Of a stretch of 64,000 nucleotides of DNA, positions 1-9,835 are shown piece by piece. The stretch comes from an uncultured Nitrososphaerales archaeon (GTDB taxonomy: Archaea; Thermoproteota; Nitrososphaeria; Nitrososphaerales; Gagatemarchaeaceae). The translations under genes and the position numbers were made by a program. Under the pieces are notes generated by a model. It searched no databases and was not told the origin of the DNA. It saw nothing but the letters and a program-made list of their open reading frames with translations. Numbering within the stretch: the stretch's first letter is position 1; every line of letters starts with the position of its first letter. Location of the stretch: NCBI GenBank assembly GCA_963706445.1, contig OY970160.1:1152001-1216000 (forward strand), written 5' to 3'.

Positions 1-2
1 CA

Positions 3-1031
3 GACATTGACGCCAACAGACTGAAGGAACTCAAGAGGCGCGCCCCTGGCAAGAAACTGTCGGTGGAGCTGCTTGACATCAAGGAGAGGAAGCGCGTGGT
101 CTCGTTCCTCAAGAGGTTCGATGTCACAGCTTCGGCGCTACCCCATGGGATAGTTCATCACTCTGATTTGGCGGCCGTGGAGGCAGGGGCGAGGATGGTA
201 AACATCGCGTTCGAAGACGAGCAGATGGGTCTGGATGCGGCCGCGAAGAAGTCCGGCGCAATCCTGATTCCAGGCTGCGGGGTCGCCCCGGGGCTCGGGG
301 GGATACTCCTTACCCATGCGCTCAAGGAGATAGGAGGAGGGGATGAGGGCCACATTCTGGTCGGCGGCCTTCCTCAGCACCCTCGCCCGCCTTTCGACTA
401 CAAGCTCGTCTTCTCAATCGTGGGGCTCCTGAGAGAGTACATCGAGGAGGCGAGGGTGGTGAGGGACGGGAAAATGGTGAAGGTGATGCCGTTCTCAGCG
501 GTTGAAACGTATGAGTTCCCTGCGCCGGTTGGACTCCTTGAAGGGTTCCCCACGGACGGGCTGGCCAGCCTGGTCTACACCATGAAGGGGATGAAGACGC
601 TGGACGAGATAACGCTCAGATGGCCGGGGCACGCGGAGAAGATGAGCCTCCTTTTGCAATCAGGATACTTCAGTAGAGACAAGGTCAAGGCGGGCGGGTC
701 AGAAATCTCACCGCTGGAGGTCTCCTGGGCGGTCCTAGGCAAGAAGCTCTCGGAAGGGGACCCCCATGATCTGACGGTGATGCGAGTAATCGCCAAGGGG
801 AAGAAGGGACAGAAGGTCTACGACATGGTCGACAGGTTCGACGAGAAGGCGGGAGTGACTTCCATGGGGAAGACGACTGGCTACACTGCGTCCATTGTGA
901 CCCAGATGCTCGGGGGAGGGAAGATCAAGGGCAGAGGAGTGATCCCTCCGGAAGTCGCGGTGAAGGGGAAGGCTGTTCAAGCGCTCCTAACAGAACTGGG
1001 CCGCAGGGGAGTCAAAATAGCAGCCAGATGA
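3..1031 (+). CDS. Saccharopine dehydrogenase / lysine 6-dehydrogenase family oxidoreductase (5' partial)
   Basis: Frame open from position 3 (DIDANRLKELKRR...). Motifs GCGVAPGL, GGLPQHPRPPFDYKLVFS, TLRWPGH and SMGKTTGY are typical of the family. Confidence 0.8.
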   Translation, partial: DIDANRLKELKRRAPGKKLSVELLDIKERKRVVSFLKRFDVTASALPHGIVHHSDLAAVEAGARMVNIAFEDEQMGLDAAAKKSGAILIPGCGVAPGLGGILLTHALKEIGGGDEGHILVGGLPQHPRPPFDYKLVFSIVGLLREYIEEARVVRDGKMVKVMPFSAVETYEFPAPVGLLEGFPTDGLASLVYTMKGMKTLDEITLRWPGHAEKMSLLLQSGYFSRDKVKAGGSEISPLEVSWAVLGKKLSEGDPHDLTVMRVIAKGKKGQKVYDMVDRFDEKAGVTSMGKTTGYTASIVTQMLGGGKIKGRGVIPPEVAVKGKAVQALLTELGRRGVKIAAR

Positions 1032-1054
1032 TGGCTGCTTATGCAAGCAGACGC

Positions 1055-2557
1055 CTATCTGCGGGCGCGCTCGAACGAGTCTGTCAGCTGAAGGCTGATG
1101 TGCTTGGTCTGGAGGAACTCCATCAACCCTTCCATCCCCGTCTCTCTCCCCAGCCCGCTCTGCTTGTACCCCCCGAAGGGGACCTCGGGCCCCGGGTTCA
1201 GATGGCGGTTGACCCAGACCGTCCCAGTCCTGACGCCCTGTGAGACCTTCATGATTCTCGTCAGGTTCTTCGACCAGAGGTCACCGGCCAGGCCGAACCT
1301 CGTGTCGTTGGCGATGGCGATGGCGTCGTCCTCGTCCCCGAAGGGGAGGACGCAGAGCACCGGGCCGAAAATCTCCTCCTGGAATATTCGCATGTCTCTT
1401 TCGACCCCTTCGAACACAGTAGGCTGCACGAAGAAGCCCTTGGCGTAGCCCCCTTCGACCACCCGCTTCCCCCCGAGGGTGAGCCTCGCCCCGTCCTCCC
1501 CCCCGGACTTGATGTACCCTAAGACGCGGTTGAGCTGTGACTCCGACACCACGGGCCCCATCTCAGTCGCGGGATCGAGGCCGTTTCCTATCTTGATCGC
1601 TGCGGCCAGCTCCTTGAATTTCTTCATGAACGAATCGTAGATGGTGTCCTGTACAAGCAGCCGCGAGCCGGCGTTGCACGACTGGCCTGCGCTCCTGAAT
1701 ATCGACCAGACGGCGCCTGAGAGGGCTGAATCGAGGTTCGCGTCGTCGAAGACGATGTCTGCTGACTTGCCCCCGCATTCGAGGTTCATCTTCTTCAGGT
1801 TGGCCGACGCCATCTCCATTATCCTACGTCCGGTCTCCGTGGACCCTGTGAACGAGATCTTGTCCACCTTCGCGCTCTTCACGAGTTCGGCGCCTATGGT
1901 CTCACCCGGCCCGGATATCGCGTTGACAACCCCGGGTGGCAGGCCCTCGATGGAGGCAATGAGTTTCACGAACTCCATGGTGACCCCGGAGGTGTAGCCC
2001 GCGGGCTTGATCACGACGGTGCACCCGGCAGCCAGAGCCGGGCCGAGCTTCCATGAGAGAAGGGAGATGGGCGAGTTCCAAGGGACTATCAGCCCGCAGA
2101 CTCCGATGGGCTCGTGGACGACAAGGCTGACGTCTGTCCCCGCGTACCTCGGGACATTCCCCACGATGTGCCTGGCCGCAGACGCATAGTATTCCAGGAC
2201 GTTCGCAGCGTTGAGTAGCTCACCCTTGGAGTCCGTGAGAGGCTTGCCAGTCTCGAGGGTCAGAAGGTAAGATAGGGGCTCGATATTGGTCCTCAGCGCT
2301 TCGGAGATCTCTCTGAGGACCTTCGCTCTGTCCGGAGGGCGCTTGGACGACCAGGCGCCTGAATCGAAAGCCAGTCTCGCCTGCTCGACGGCATGGGTCA
2401 CGTCTTCGGGTCTTGAATTCGCGGACCTAGACACCAGCTCCCCGGTCGCAGGGTTCCGGCTCTCTATGGTGCCGCCAGAGGTCTCGACCCACTTTCCACC
2501 GATGTAGTTAGTGAAAGTCTTGACTTGGTGCTTCGTCGGCAAACTGGGCCGAGACAC
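1055..2557 (-). CDS. NAD(P)-dependent aldehyde dehydrogenase
   Basis: PWNSP, FTGSTETG, LECGGKS, catalytic Cys in GQSCNAGSR, EEIFGPV, PFGGYKQSG. Substrate unresolved (HpaE-like role or aryl-acetaldehyde by context). Confidence 0.9.
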   Translation of the reverse strand: MSRPSLPTKHQVKTFTNYIGGKWVETSGGTIESRNPATGELVSRSANSRPEDVTHAVEQARLAFDSGAWSSKRPPDRAKVLREISEALRTNIEPLSYLLTLETGKPLTDSKGELLNAANVLEYYASAARHIVGNVPRYAGTDVSLVVHEPIGVCGLIVPWNSPISLLSWKLGPALAAGCTVVIKPAGYTSGVTMEFVKLIASIEGLPPGVVNAISGPGETIGAELVKSAKVDKISFTGSTETGRRIMEMASANLKKMNLECGGKSADIVFDDANLDSALSGAVWSIFRSAGQSCNAGSRLLVQDTIYDSFMKKFKELAAAIKIGNGLDPATEMGPVVSESQLNRVLGYIKSGGEDGARLTLGGKRVVEGGYAKGFFVQPTVFEGVERDMRIFQEEIFGPVLCVLPFGDEDDAIAIANDTRFGLAGDLWSKNLTRIMKVSQGVRTGTVWVNRHLNPGPEVPFGGYKQSGLGRETGMEGLMEFLQTKHISLQLTDSFERARR

Positions 2558-2584
2558 TCGTCTTTCGATATAAATGCGGTGCTC

Positions 2585-3331
2585 CTAACGGAGTACCTTC
2601 GAGCCTGATATCGTGAAGCCGCTCCGGTAGACCGACCCAGAAAGAACCCTGGCGCTCCCTATGTCGAGGGTCGTGTCCATCGAGCCCTTCCCCAACCAGA
2701 CGTCGGACACCCGCGAGTTCGATTTTAGGATTTCCACGGGCTCGTCCACGGACGCCTGGGAACTGTCGGTTTTGGGGAATTTCCTCATTCCGAACGTCGC
2801 CCCGAATTTGTGGATGTCGTCGGGGGTCCCTTCCTTCTCGACGTTCGCCTTCAGTGAGAGGGTGGTTTCAGGCCCCTTCACGCAGAATCCCCCGAAGCTT
2901 GACCCCTTCGAGATTGGCTTCAGCCCCGGGTTCAGCGGATGGAGTTTGGTGAGGGAGATCCTGTCGGCCAGGCGCTTCTGATAGCCGTTCAGGATTCCTC
3001 TCAGAAGGGACCACTCGGTCGTGACCCACATCACAGGGTAGAACACTCCCTTCCTGTCTCCGAACCTGCAGCTGATCCCGACCGCCGCTTCCTGGTATAG
3101 TGTCCTGTCAGGACGCTCCGACACCATTTCAGGGGCAGAATCTCCGACAGAGATGATTTCGCAGACGTAGGCGACGCACGGCCCGACAACCAGCTCGAAT
3201 GGTTTGGGCAGAAGTTTCTCCAGCTTCGACCCGTTGGCTTCGAAGTACACTGCCACGTAGTCTGCACCGTAATGCCACGGTCCCTTCTCGACGGCTGAAC
3301 CTGGACCGGGCGTCAGCGGGTGGTCGAGCAT
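2585..3331 (-). CDS. Acetoacetate decarboxylase-like (ADC superfamily) protein
   Basis: GPWHY, YQEA and GYQKRLA (Schiff-base Lys position) match ADC-family patterns. Confidence 0.7.
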   Translation of the reverse strand: MLDHPLTPGPGSAVEKGPWHYGADYVAVYFEANGSKLEKLLPKPFELVVGPCVAYVCEIISVGDSAPEMVSERPDRTLYQEAAVGISCRFGDRKGVFYPVMWVTTEWSLLRGILNGYQKRLADRISLTKLHPLNPGLKPISKGSSFGGFCVKGPETTLSLKANVEKEGTPDDIHKFGATFGMRKFPKTDSSQASVDEPVEILKSNSRVSDVWLGKGSMDTTLDIGSARVLSGSVYRSGFTISGSKVLR

Positions 3332-3385
3332 CGCCTCGCGGGTGTGTCAAAGGTAAAAAAGGGTTGGTCGAGCTGGAGGCATCCG

Positions 3386-4282
3386 ATGCTTCTCTGTACT
3401 TTCTCGACCAAGGGAGACAAGAATGGCAGAGAGCGAGTCGGGTTAGTGAAAGGGGATGAGGTCGAAGAACTTACGGAAGTCGCGAGCCTTGTCGACCTAA
3501 TCCGCGGACGAGGGCGTGTCGGGAAACCCAAGAAGGGGCGATACCCGCTCCAAGAGGTGGTCCTCCGCGCCCCGGTCCCCAGACCAGGGAAGATCGTCGC
3601 GACCATTGTGAACACCCAGGGGATGCTTGGTGGAAGGGACGTCAGGCTCGACAGGCCAAGGCTGGACATGAAAGCGCCCAGCACCGTGGTGGGGCCCGGA
3701 GTGGGGGTTATTGGGCCAGCCAGCGGGATTAGGCCCGAAGTGGAGCTGGCGGCCATCGTGGGCAAAAGGATCACTAGGGCGACCAGGGCAGCGGCTGAAG
3801 CAGGGATATTCGGATACACTGTGCTGAACGATGTGACTGCGCCGGCTGACTCTCGCAACGACGCCTACGAAGCCTACAGGCGCGACAAGGTGACCGGGGA
3901 GATCAGAAAGGCGACCCTGAGGGGGCCGCTCTTCCGGTCGAAGAACCATGACACGTTCTGTCCGATGGGCCCGTGGATAGCCACGCCAGACGAAGTCGAA
4001 GACTGGTCGGATCTCAGGATGACGACGAAGTTCAAAGGTGAACTCGTTCAGGATGGGTCCACATCGGAGTACATCTTCGAGCCTGGCGAAATAGCGGCCT
4101 ACGTCTCACAGTTCCTGACCCTCGAGCCTGGTGACGTTGTCTCCTGCGGGAGCGTGGGGTGGACCCCCCAAGCGCTGGGGAATCTCGATCCAACGGAGTT
4201 CATCCTTCCGTCAACGAAAGGAACCCTGGAGCTCGAAATCGAGGGCATAGGCAAGCTTCAGAACCCAGTGACCCTCCGCTAG
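3386..4282 (+). CDS. Fumarylacetoacetate hydrolase family protein (HpaG-like isomerase/decarboxylase)
   Basis: EVELAAIVG, GYTVLNDVTA, KNHDTFCPMGPWI, TLEPGDVV. ATG 3386 preferred over the ORF-track start, which overlaps the upstream gene. Confidence 0.85.
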   Translation: MLLCTFSTKGDKNGRERVGLVKGDEVEELTEVASLVDLIRGRGRVGKPKKGRYPLQEVVLRAPVPRPGKIVATIVNTQGMLGGRDVRLDRPRLDMKAPSTVVGPGVGVIGPASGIRPEVELAAIVGKRITRATRAAAEAGIFGYTVLNDVTAPADSRNDAYEAYRRDKVTGEIRKATLRGPLFRSKNHDTFCPMGPWIATPDEVEDWSDLRMTTKFKGELVQDGSTSEYIFEPGEIAAYVSQFLTLEPGDVVSCGSVGWTPQALGNLDPTEFILPSTKGTLELEIEGIGKLQNPVTLR

Positions 4283-4333
4283 GTCGTCGCAAAGCTTCAT
4301 TTACGGAAGCTCCTAGACGAGGTCGGTAGTTAG

Positions 4334-5782
4334 ATGGGGGCAGTTAGCGGCAGGGAATTCCTCCAGAGACTAGACTCGACACCCCGCGAGATTTGGCACG
4401 GCGACAAGAAGATCACAGGAGGTGTCTCTTCTCACCCGGCGTTCAGGGGGGTCGCGAAGTCGATAGCAGCCCTATGCGATATGCAGACTCACCAGTCTAC
4501 GCGAGATTTGATGACATACCAGTCGCCGACGAGCGGGGAACGGGTTGGGATGAGCTTCCTTCAGCCCCGGAGCAAAGAGGACCTGTCGAGGCGGACGGCC
4601 ATGATGAGGGCGTGGGCGAACTATTCCGGAGGCGTCATGGGGAGGACCGCCGATTACCTCAACAGCTCGATCATGGCGATGGCCGGGGCCAACGAGTTCT
4701 TCGGAAAAGGGGAGAAAGACTACGCTTCGAACATCCAGAAGTACTACGAGCTTGTCCGTGAGAAGGACCTGGTCCTGACGCACACCCTGATCAACCCGCA
4801 GGCCAACAGGAGCGTGGGCCCATCGAAGCAGGCCGACCCCTTCATAGCGGCGAGGGTGGTCGAGAAGCAGTCTGACGGAGTGGTGGTCCGCGGCGCAAGG
4901 ATGCTTGCGACTCTGCCGATAGCAGACGAAATCATGGTATTCCCATCGACGGTCATCAGGTCCGGGCAGGACGATGTGCCCTATTCCATCGCATTCGCCC
5001 TCCCCGTGAGCACCAAGGGGCTGAAGTTCATCTGCAGAGAGTCCTTCGCATCGGACTCGACCTACGACCACCCTCTGGCTTCGAGGTTCGACGAACAGGA
5101 CGCCGTGGTGGTCTTCGACGACGTCCTCGTCCCCTGGGAGAGGGTCTTCATCCTCGAAGACCCGGAAAAGGCGAACAAGGCGAACGAAGCGACCGACGCA
5201 ATAGTGTTCATGGCCCACCAGGCGACAGTGAGGGAGGCAGCCAAGGCCGAGTTCATAGCCGGGCTCGTGACACTGGTGGCCGAGACAATAGGCGTCGACC
5301 AGTTCCCCCAGGTGCAGGAAAGGATCGCTGAGATTCTCATGAATGTCGAGACCATGAAGGCGTTCATCGCTGCGAGCGAGGCGGGCGCAAGGGTCAACAG
5401 GTGGGGGTTGATGACCCCCGACTACGTCCCCATCAACACGGCACGGAACATTTGGCCGAGGATAGCCCCCGCCCTTGGCATGGTCCTGAAACAGACAGCC
5501 GCGAGCGGGCTGATGGCGATCCCGCCCGAGGAGATCCTTCGTTCCGACGCCAGGGGTGACGTGGACAGGTACTATCAGGCAAAGGGTGCCGACGCAGAGG
5601 AAAGGATCGGACTCTTCAAGCTCGCCTGGGATGCGGCCGGGAGCTCGTTCGGAGGGAGGCAGGACCTGTACGAGAGGTTCTTCTTCGGGGACCCGGTGAG
5701 GATGTCCAGCGCCTACTACGCATGGTACAACAAGGAACCGTACAAGGAGCGTGTGAGGGAGCTCCTTCACAGGAGGGACTGA
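4334..5782 (+). CDS. hpaB: 4-hydroxyphenylacetate 3-monooxygenase, oxygenase component
   Basis: HPAFRG, GVMGRTADY, THTLINPQANR, VRGARMLATL, SRFDEQDA, GGRQDLYERFFFGDP. Confidence 0.92.
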   Translation: MGAVSGREFLQRLDSTPREIWHGDKKITGGVSSHPAFRGVAKSIAALCDMQTHQSTRDLMTYQSPTSGERVGMSFLQPRSKEDLSRRTAMMRAWANYSGGVMGRTADYLNSSIMAMAGANEFFGKGEKDYASNIQKYYELVREKDLVLTHTLINPQANRSVGPSKQADPFIAARVVEKQSDGVVVRGARMLATLPIADEIMVFPSTVIRSGQDDVPYSIAFALPVSTKGLKFICRESFASDSTYDHPLASRFDEQDAVVVFDDVLVPWERVFILEDPEKANKANEATDAIVFMAHQATVREAAKAEFIAGLVTLVAETIGVDQFPQVQERIAEILMNVETMKAFIAASEAGARVNRWGLMTPDYVPINTARNIWPRIAPALGMVLKQTAASGLMAIPPEEILRSDARGDVDRYYQAKGADAEERIGLFKLAWDAAGSSFGGRQDLYERFFFGDPVRMSSAYYAWYNKEPYKERVRELLHRRD

Positions 5783-6792
5783 CGACGGCAGCGGACAGAG
5801 GGTTCGAGATAGTCAAGGCAGGGCACATCGAGTTCCTGGTCACCGACCTCAAGGAGGCCAAGAGGTTCTACGTCGACACACTTGGTTTCGTCGTGACCGA
5901 GTCCAACAGGTCACACATATACCTCCGCGGACTCGAGGACAGGCAGCACCACTGCCTCACCCTCACCGAGGCCGGCTCCCCGGGCGTCGGGCACTTCGCG
6001 TTCAGGGTGTCCTCGGAATCGGGGCTCAAAGCCATCGAGAAGTTGCTTAAGGAGGACGGGGCTTACGTCAGGTGGGAAGAGCCAGAAGGCGAAAAGGGGC
6101 TGGGGAGGGCACTAGTGGCAGAAGACAAGTTCGGCTTTCCCGTGGAATTCTACACCAATATGGCCTCCGAGGACTGGATGCTCCAGAAGTTCCAGAACTA
6201 CAGAGGAGCGAAGGTGATGAGGCTAGACCACTTCAACATAATGCTCCCGGACGCCGCTTCGGCGTACAAGTGGTACGTCGAAGGACTTGGGTTCGGGTGC
6301 ACCGAGATCACGGAGACGGAGGGGTCGAAGCCGGAGTTATGGGCTGCCTGGCTGAGGAGGAAGCACACCTGCCATGACATCGCTCTCACCACGGGGAAGG
6401 GGCCGAGGGTACACCATGCGGGCTTTACAGTCTCCGACAGAGGGTCGATTATGGACGCGGCCGACCTGCTTGCGTCGAGCGGATACCTGGAGAGCATGGA
6501 GCGGGGGCCTGGCCGCCACGGAGTGTCCAACGCCTTCTTCCTATACCTGCGCGACCCCGACGGAAACAGGATTGAGCTGTACACGGGAGACTACATCAGC
6601 GCCGACCCAGACTGGGTCCCCATCAGATGGAAGCTCAACGACCCCCAGAGGCAGACTTTCTGGGGCGCGCCGACCCCGGCGAGCTGGTTCAATGAGGCGA
6701 TGCTGGTGCGGTCTCCCAAGACCGGGGAGTTCGCAGGGCTGAAGTCCCCGAAGATAAAGGACAGGCCGGACTACCTCCTTTCAGTCCGCTAG
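5779..6792 (+). CDS. hpaD: 3,4-dihydroxyphenylacetate (homoprotocatechuate) 2,3-dioxygenase
   Basis: VOC extradiol motifs YLRGLEDRQHH, RLDHFN, HDIALT, ERGPGRHGVSNAFFLYLRDPDGNRIELY, QRQTFWG. Start uncertain: CTG 5779 overlapping the hpaB stop, or ATG 5722. Confidence 0.9.
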   Translation: MTTAADRGFEIVKAGHIEFLVTDLKEAKRFYVDTLGFVVTESNRSHIYLRGLEDRQHHCLTLTEAGSPGVGHFAFRVSSESGLKAIEKLLKEDGAYVRWEEPEGEKGLGRALVAEDKFGFPVEFYTNMASEDWMLQKFQNYRGAKVMRLDHFNIMLPDAASAYKWYVEGLGFGCTEITETEGSKPELWAAWLRRKHTCHDIALTTGKGPRVHHAGFTVSDRGSIMDAADLLASSGYLESMERGPGRHGVSNAFFLYLRDPDGNRIELYTGDYISADPDWVPIRWKLNDPQRQTFWGAPTPASWFNEAMLVRSPKTGEFAGLKSPKIKDRPDYLLSVR

Positions 6793-6795
6793 GGC

Positions 6796-7317
6796 TCACC
6801 AGACTATGTCGGAGGGAGGAGCCGGATACTCCATCGCCTCGGTGGTCGTGTACTGCTGCGAATAGTAGACGAGGGGACGCTTTGAGTTGAACGTCTTCGC
6901 GGCCACGACTTCTCCGATGAGGAGCGAGTGGTCTCCTCCGTCATACACCTTCCAGGCCTTGCATTCGACTACCGCCCTTGCGCCCGAAATGACAGGAGAC
7001 CCCGTCGTCCCCTTTGTCACCTTGATACCTGCGAACCGGTCCTTCTCCCGGGTACGGCCGGCGAACCTGTCCGAAACAGTCTTCTGGTCATCTGAGAGGA
7101 AGTTAACGGCGTATGCTTGGGCATCTCGGAAGACCTCGTGTAGACCCGAGCTCTTGGCGATCGATATTAGCACGAGTGGTGGCGAGAGGGAGACGCTGGT
7201 GAAGGAACTCACCGTTATCCCGGCGGGGCCGCCCGCCCCCTGGGTGGTGGCAACCGTCACCCCCTGAGGAAAGACACGCATCGCCTGCTTTAGTCCGGTC
7301 TGAAGGTCAGATTCCAA
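6796..7317 (-). CDS. hpaC: Flavin reductase (HpaC-like reductase component)
   Basis: GVTVAT, SFTSVSLSPPLVL, GGDH, PLVY; adjacent to hpaB/hpaD. Confidence 0.85.
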   Translation of the reverse strand: MESDLQTGLKQAMRVFPQGVTVATTQGAGGPAGITVSSFTSVSLSPPLVLISIAKSSGLHEVFRDAQAYAVNFLSDDQKTVSDRFAGRTREKDRFAGIKVTKGTTGSPVISGARAVVECKAWKVYDGGDHSLLIGEVVAAKTFNSKRPLVYYSQQYTTTEAMEYPAPPSDIVW

Positions 7318-7396
7318 GCGATTTCAGTTCCCTCTGGAACAAGATCTGGCGCGGGCCTCTGCTCGTTTAAAGAGTTGCCGAGGAATGCTCCGACAT

Positions 7397-8830
7397 TCAA
7401 CCTGCGGGTGTTCCATTCGCGCCGCGAGCTACGGCCCCCCGTATCCATCGGACCAGTCTAGCGAGGAATCTGTCCTGTTTCGCCAGGTTGACGCGCAGAA
7501 TTTCCTCCTCGGAGACTAGCTTTGCCTCGACGGCGCCGACCGATGTCTTCGAGAAATAGAGGTACACGGGGATGCCGAGCAGGACCGCGACTGTTCCGAT
7601 GAGGATGTCGGTCAGGGATGTGGAATATACGAGGTAGAGGCTGACCGCGACCCCGAGCCACGGTATGATCCGTTCCCCGCGCAGCCCGCCGTCGCCGTCT
7701 TTCCTCAAGACCGGTAGTGACAGACAGACGAATAGATAGCAGATGGCCAGGTTGAAGACGGCGAATGAGATGAGCTGAGTGATCCCGGAAAAGACGGATA
7801 GGCCGAGGGCGATCGCACCTTCGATGAGTATGGCGACGTAGGGGGTCTGGAAGCGCGGATGGACCTTGCGTATCGCGCCGGGGAGGAGTCCGTCGGCGGA
7901 CATGGCATACATGAGCCGAGCTGTCCCGAGGACTTCGGTTTCGTCCGTGCCTGAGACCGAGGCTAAGGCCCCCACCCCTGTGATGACCGCTCCTGCGGTC
8001 CCAAGCAAGGCCGTGCTGACCAGGACCAGTGGGACTGCAGTCGTTGATAGTGTCGCAGAGCTCGTCAGGCCGAAGACGGCGACATTGGTCATCACGTAGA
8101 AGAAGATCACGATGGCCATCCCTGTGATAAGTGCCCGGGGGACATTCTTCTTGGGGTCGACCACCTCGCTGGCTGGAAGCGAGCCCAGCTCGAATCCCGC
8201 GTAGGCCCAGAAGATGAGCACCATCACAGTCCCGAAGTTGTTCAAGCCGGACGGGATGAACGGGCTGTAATTGCCCGCCAGGCTGGGCTTCAGGAGGATG
8301 GAGCCGAGTCCGAAGACGATTATCATCAATAAGGGAGCGAGCTTGGCCAGGGTCAGGACGTCGTTGATCCGCCCGGCGGCCTTGACCCCCTGGATGTTGA
8401 TGGCGACGAAGACCACGACGAAGACGACCCTCACCAGCATCGTGGCCGCGTTGTCAAGCGGGATGAAATACTGCAGGTAGTTTGTGAACACGATGGCGAA
8501 CACAGGAAGGGCGATTATCTCTGCGATGCACATGCTCCACCCGGCGATGAAGCCATAGAACTTGTTGAACGCCTTGGACACGTAGGCGTAGGACCCCCCG
8601 ACGTTCGGCACGTAGTAGGCACAGTATCCGAACACCATCGCGAGGACCATCGCCATGGCGCCTCCGATGATCCACTCGACGATGGCGAACGGGCCGATCA
8701 ACCCTGCAGTGAGGCCCGGGATGATGTAGATGTCACTCCCAACTATTGCACCGATGACTATGTTCATCAGGTCAAAGTAGGACAGCCCCCGCTTGAGTTC
8801 CACGGCGCGGTGTGCGGGTGCGTTTGCCAT
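7397..8830 (-). CDS. APC family amino acid/polyamine permease
   Basis: About 12 hydrophobic segments; GAIVGSDI, GGSYAYV, FWAYAGFE, RLMYAMS, HPRFQTP. Confidence 0.88.
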   Translation of the reverse strand: MANAPAHRAVELKRGLSYFDLMNIVIGAIVGSDIYIIPGLTAGLIGPFAIVEWIIGGAMAMVLAMVFGYCAYYVPNVGGSYAYVSKAFNKFYGFIAGWSMCIAEIIALPVFAIVFTNYLQYFIPLDNAATMLVRVVFVVVFVAINIQGVKAAGRINDVLTLAKLAPLLMIIVFGLGSILLKPSLAGNYSPFIPSGLNNFGTVMVLIFWAYAGFELGSLPASEVVDPKKNVPRALITGMAIVIFFYVMTNVAVFGLTSSATLSTTAVPLVLVSTALLGTAGAVITGVGALASVSGTDETEVLGTARLMYAMSADGLLPGAIRKVHPRFQTPYVAILIEGAIALGLSVFSGITQLISFAVFNLAICYLFVCLSLPVLRKDGDGGLRGERIIPWLGVAVSLYLVYSTSLTDILIGTVAVLLGIPVYLYFSKTSVGAVEAKLVSEEEILRVNLAKQDRFLARLVRWIRGAVARGANGTPAG

Positions 8831-8901
8831 TTATTTTGGATTGGGGCTAAGCCCCACCAGCACGCCGCGTACGGCCGCCAGTCGATACCATGTCAGTCCC
8901 C

Positions 8902-9345
8902 CTATTCCTTCTGGTCTTCGGCAGGGCCGGCGACCTCCCTAAGCCTCTTCGCGAGTTCCTTGAGCTTGCCTCTGTGGGGGTCCAACTGTTCGTTCTTGGA
9001 GCCCTTGAGGTCCTCAAAGTAGGAGACGAATCCTTCCATCTGGTTCACCATGTCTCCGGCGGATTGGGGCCCGCGTCGCCCGGAATCGAAGTGGCCTTGC
9101 GACTGTGACCTCCCCTTCTGAGTGAGCTCGTACCTGCCGTCATCCTTCTTGACCACCAACCCTTGTTTGGTCATTTCGCTCAACAGAGGGTAGATGGACC
9201 CTGGGGTGGGGCGCCACCAGCCGCGCGTAATGGACTGTACTCCGTCCATCAGCTCCACGCCGTTCTTCGGGGAGGACGACAAAAGGTAGAGGACCATGTG
9301 CGGAAGGCCCCGCTTGTTCCGCATCGCGAACTTGAAGGGCCACAT
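8902..9345 (-). CDS. PadR family transcriptional regulator
   Basis: WRPTPGSIYPLL and YELTQKG winged-helix signature. Confidence 0.85.
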   Translation of the reverse strand: MWPFKFAMRNKRGLPHMVLYLLSSSPKNGVELMDGVQSITRGWWRPTPGSIYPLLSEMTKQGLVVKKDDGRYELTQKGRSQSQGHFDSGRRGPQSAGDMVNQMEGFVSYFEDLKGSKNEQLDPHRGKLKELAKRLREVAGPAEDQKE

Positions 9346-9370
9346 GGCGTCTCATGCCCGCCTCCGCTCT

Positions 9371-9401
9371 TATAGGAATTTTGATATAGGAATTCCAATA
9401 T
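9371..9401. promoter_or_regulatory. Candidate PadR operator in divergent intergenic region
   Basis: Direct repeat TATAGGAATT at 9371-9380 and 9385-9394; imperfect palindrome ATATAGGAATTCCAATAT at 9384-9401 (16/18). Confidence 0.45.
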
Positions 9402-9445
9402 GCTTAAGAACCACCGGCAGGAGGGAGGAGAAGAGGCGAAAAGCA

Positions 9446-9835
9446 ACGCAGACTACATACGGAGATCAGCGCCCTCACCGTGGCAATCCGTTTGCCTGGG
9501 CAATCCTCGCGATAGTTGTAATCGCGGTCATCGCGTTCTTCGCAGTCCTAGCATTCCACGGGTACCCCACGGGTCCCGGACCATACTCCTACGGCTACCC
9601 CGGATTTGGGTGGTTCTTCTTCCCATTCGGATTCATCTTCTTCATCTTCATCATCTTCCTTGTGAGCCGTCTAATCTTCGGGCCTTGGGGTGGCGTAGGG
9701 GGATGGAGACGACGCTATGGGTACGGCTACGGCTATGGGGACGCGCGAGAGATACTTCGCCAGAGATACGCGAGGGGCGAGATCACGAAGGAGCAATACG
9801 ACCAGATGAACAGAGACCTGGACCAGCACCCATAG
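9446..9835 (+). CDS. Small membrane protein with C-terminal SHOCT domain
   Basis: Two hydrophobic helices, then AREILRQRYARGEITKEQY. No canonical start in the intergenic space; 9446 (ACG) is approximate. Confidence 0.7.
   Translation, partial: TQTTYGDQRPHRGNPFAWAILAIVVIAVIAFFAVLAFHGYPTGPGPYSYGYPGFGWFFFPFGFIFFIFIIFLVSRLIFGPWGGVGGWRRRYGYGYGYGDAREILRQRYARGEITKEQYDQMNRDLDQHP

Noticed and set aside
4472-5770. 432-aa antisense ORF and similar shadow ORFs (e.g. 15514-16185, 36582-37304, 63584-64000)
   Set aside because: They lie opposite well-supported genes, have no motifs, and are expected from GC-rich codon bias.
9716-9739. Short TAYGGN tandem repeat
   Set aside because: It only encodes a YG low-complexity linker.
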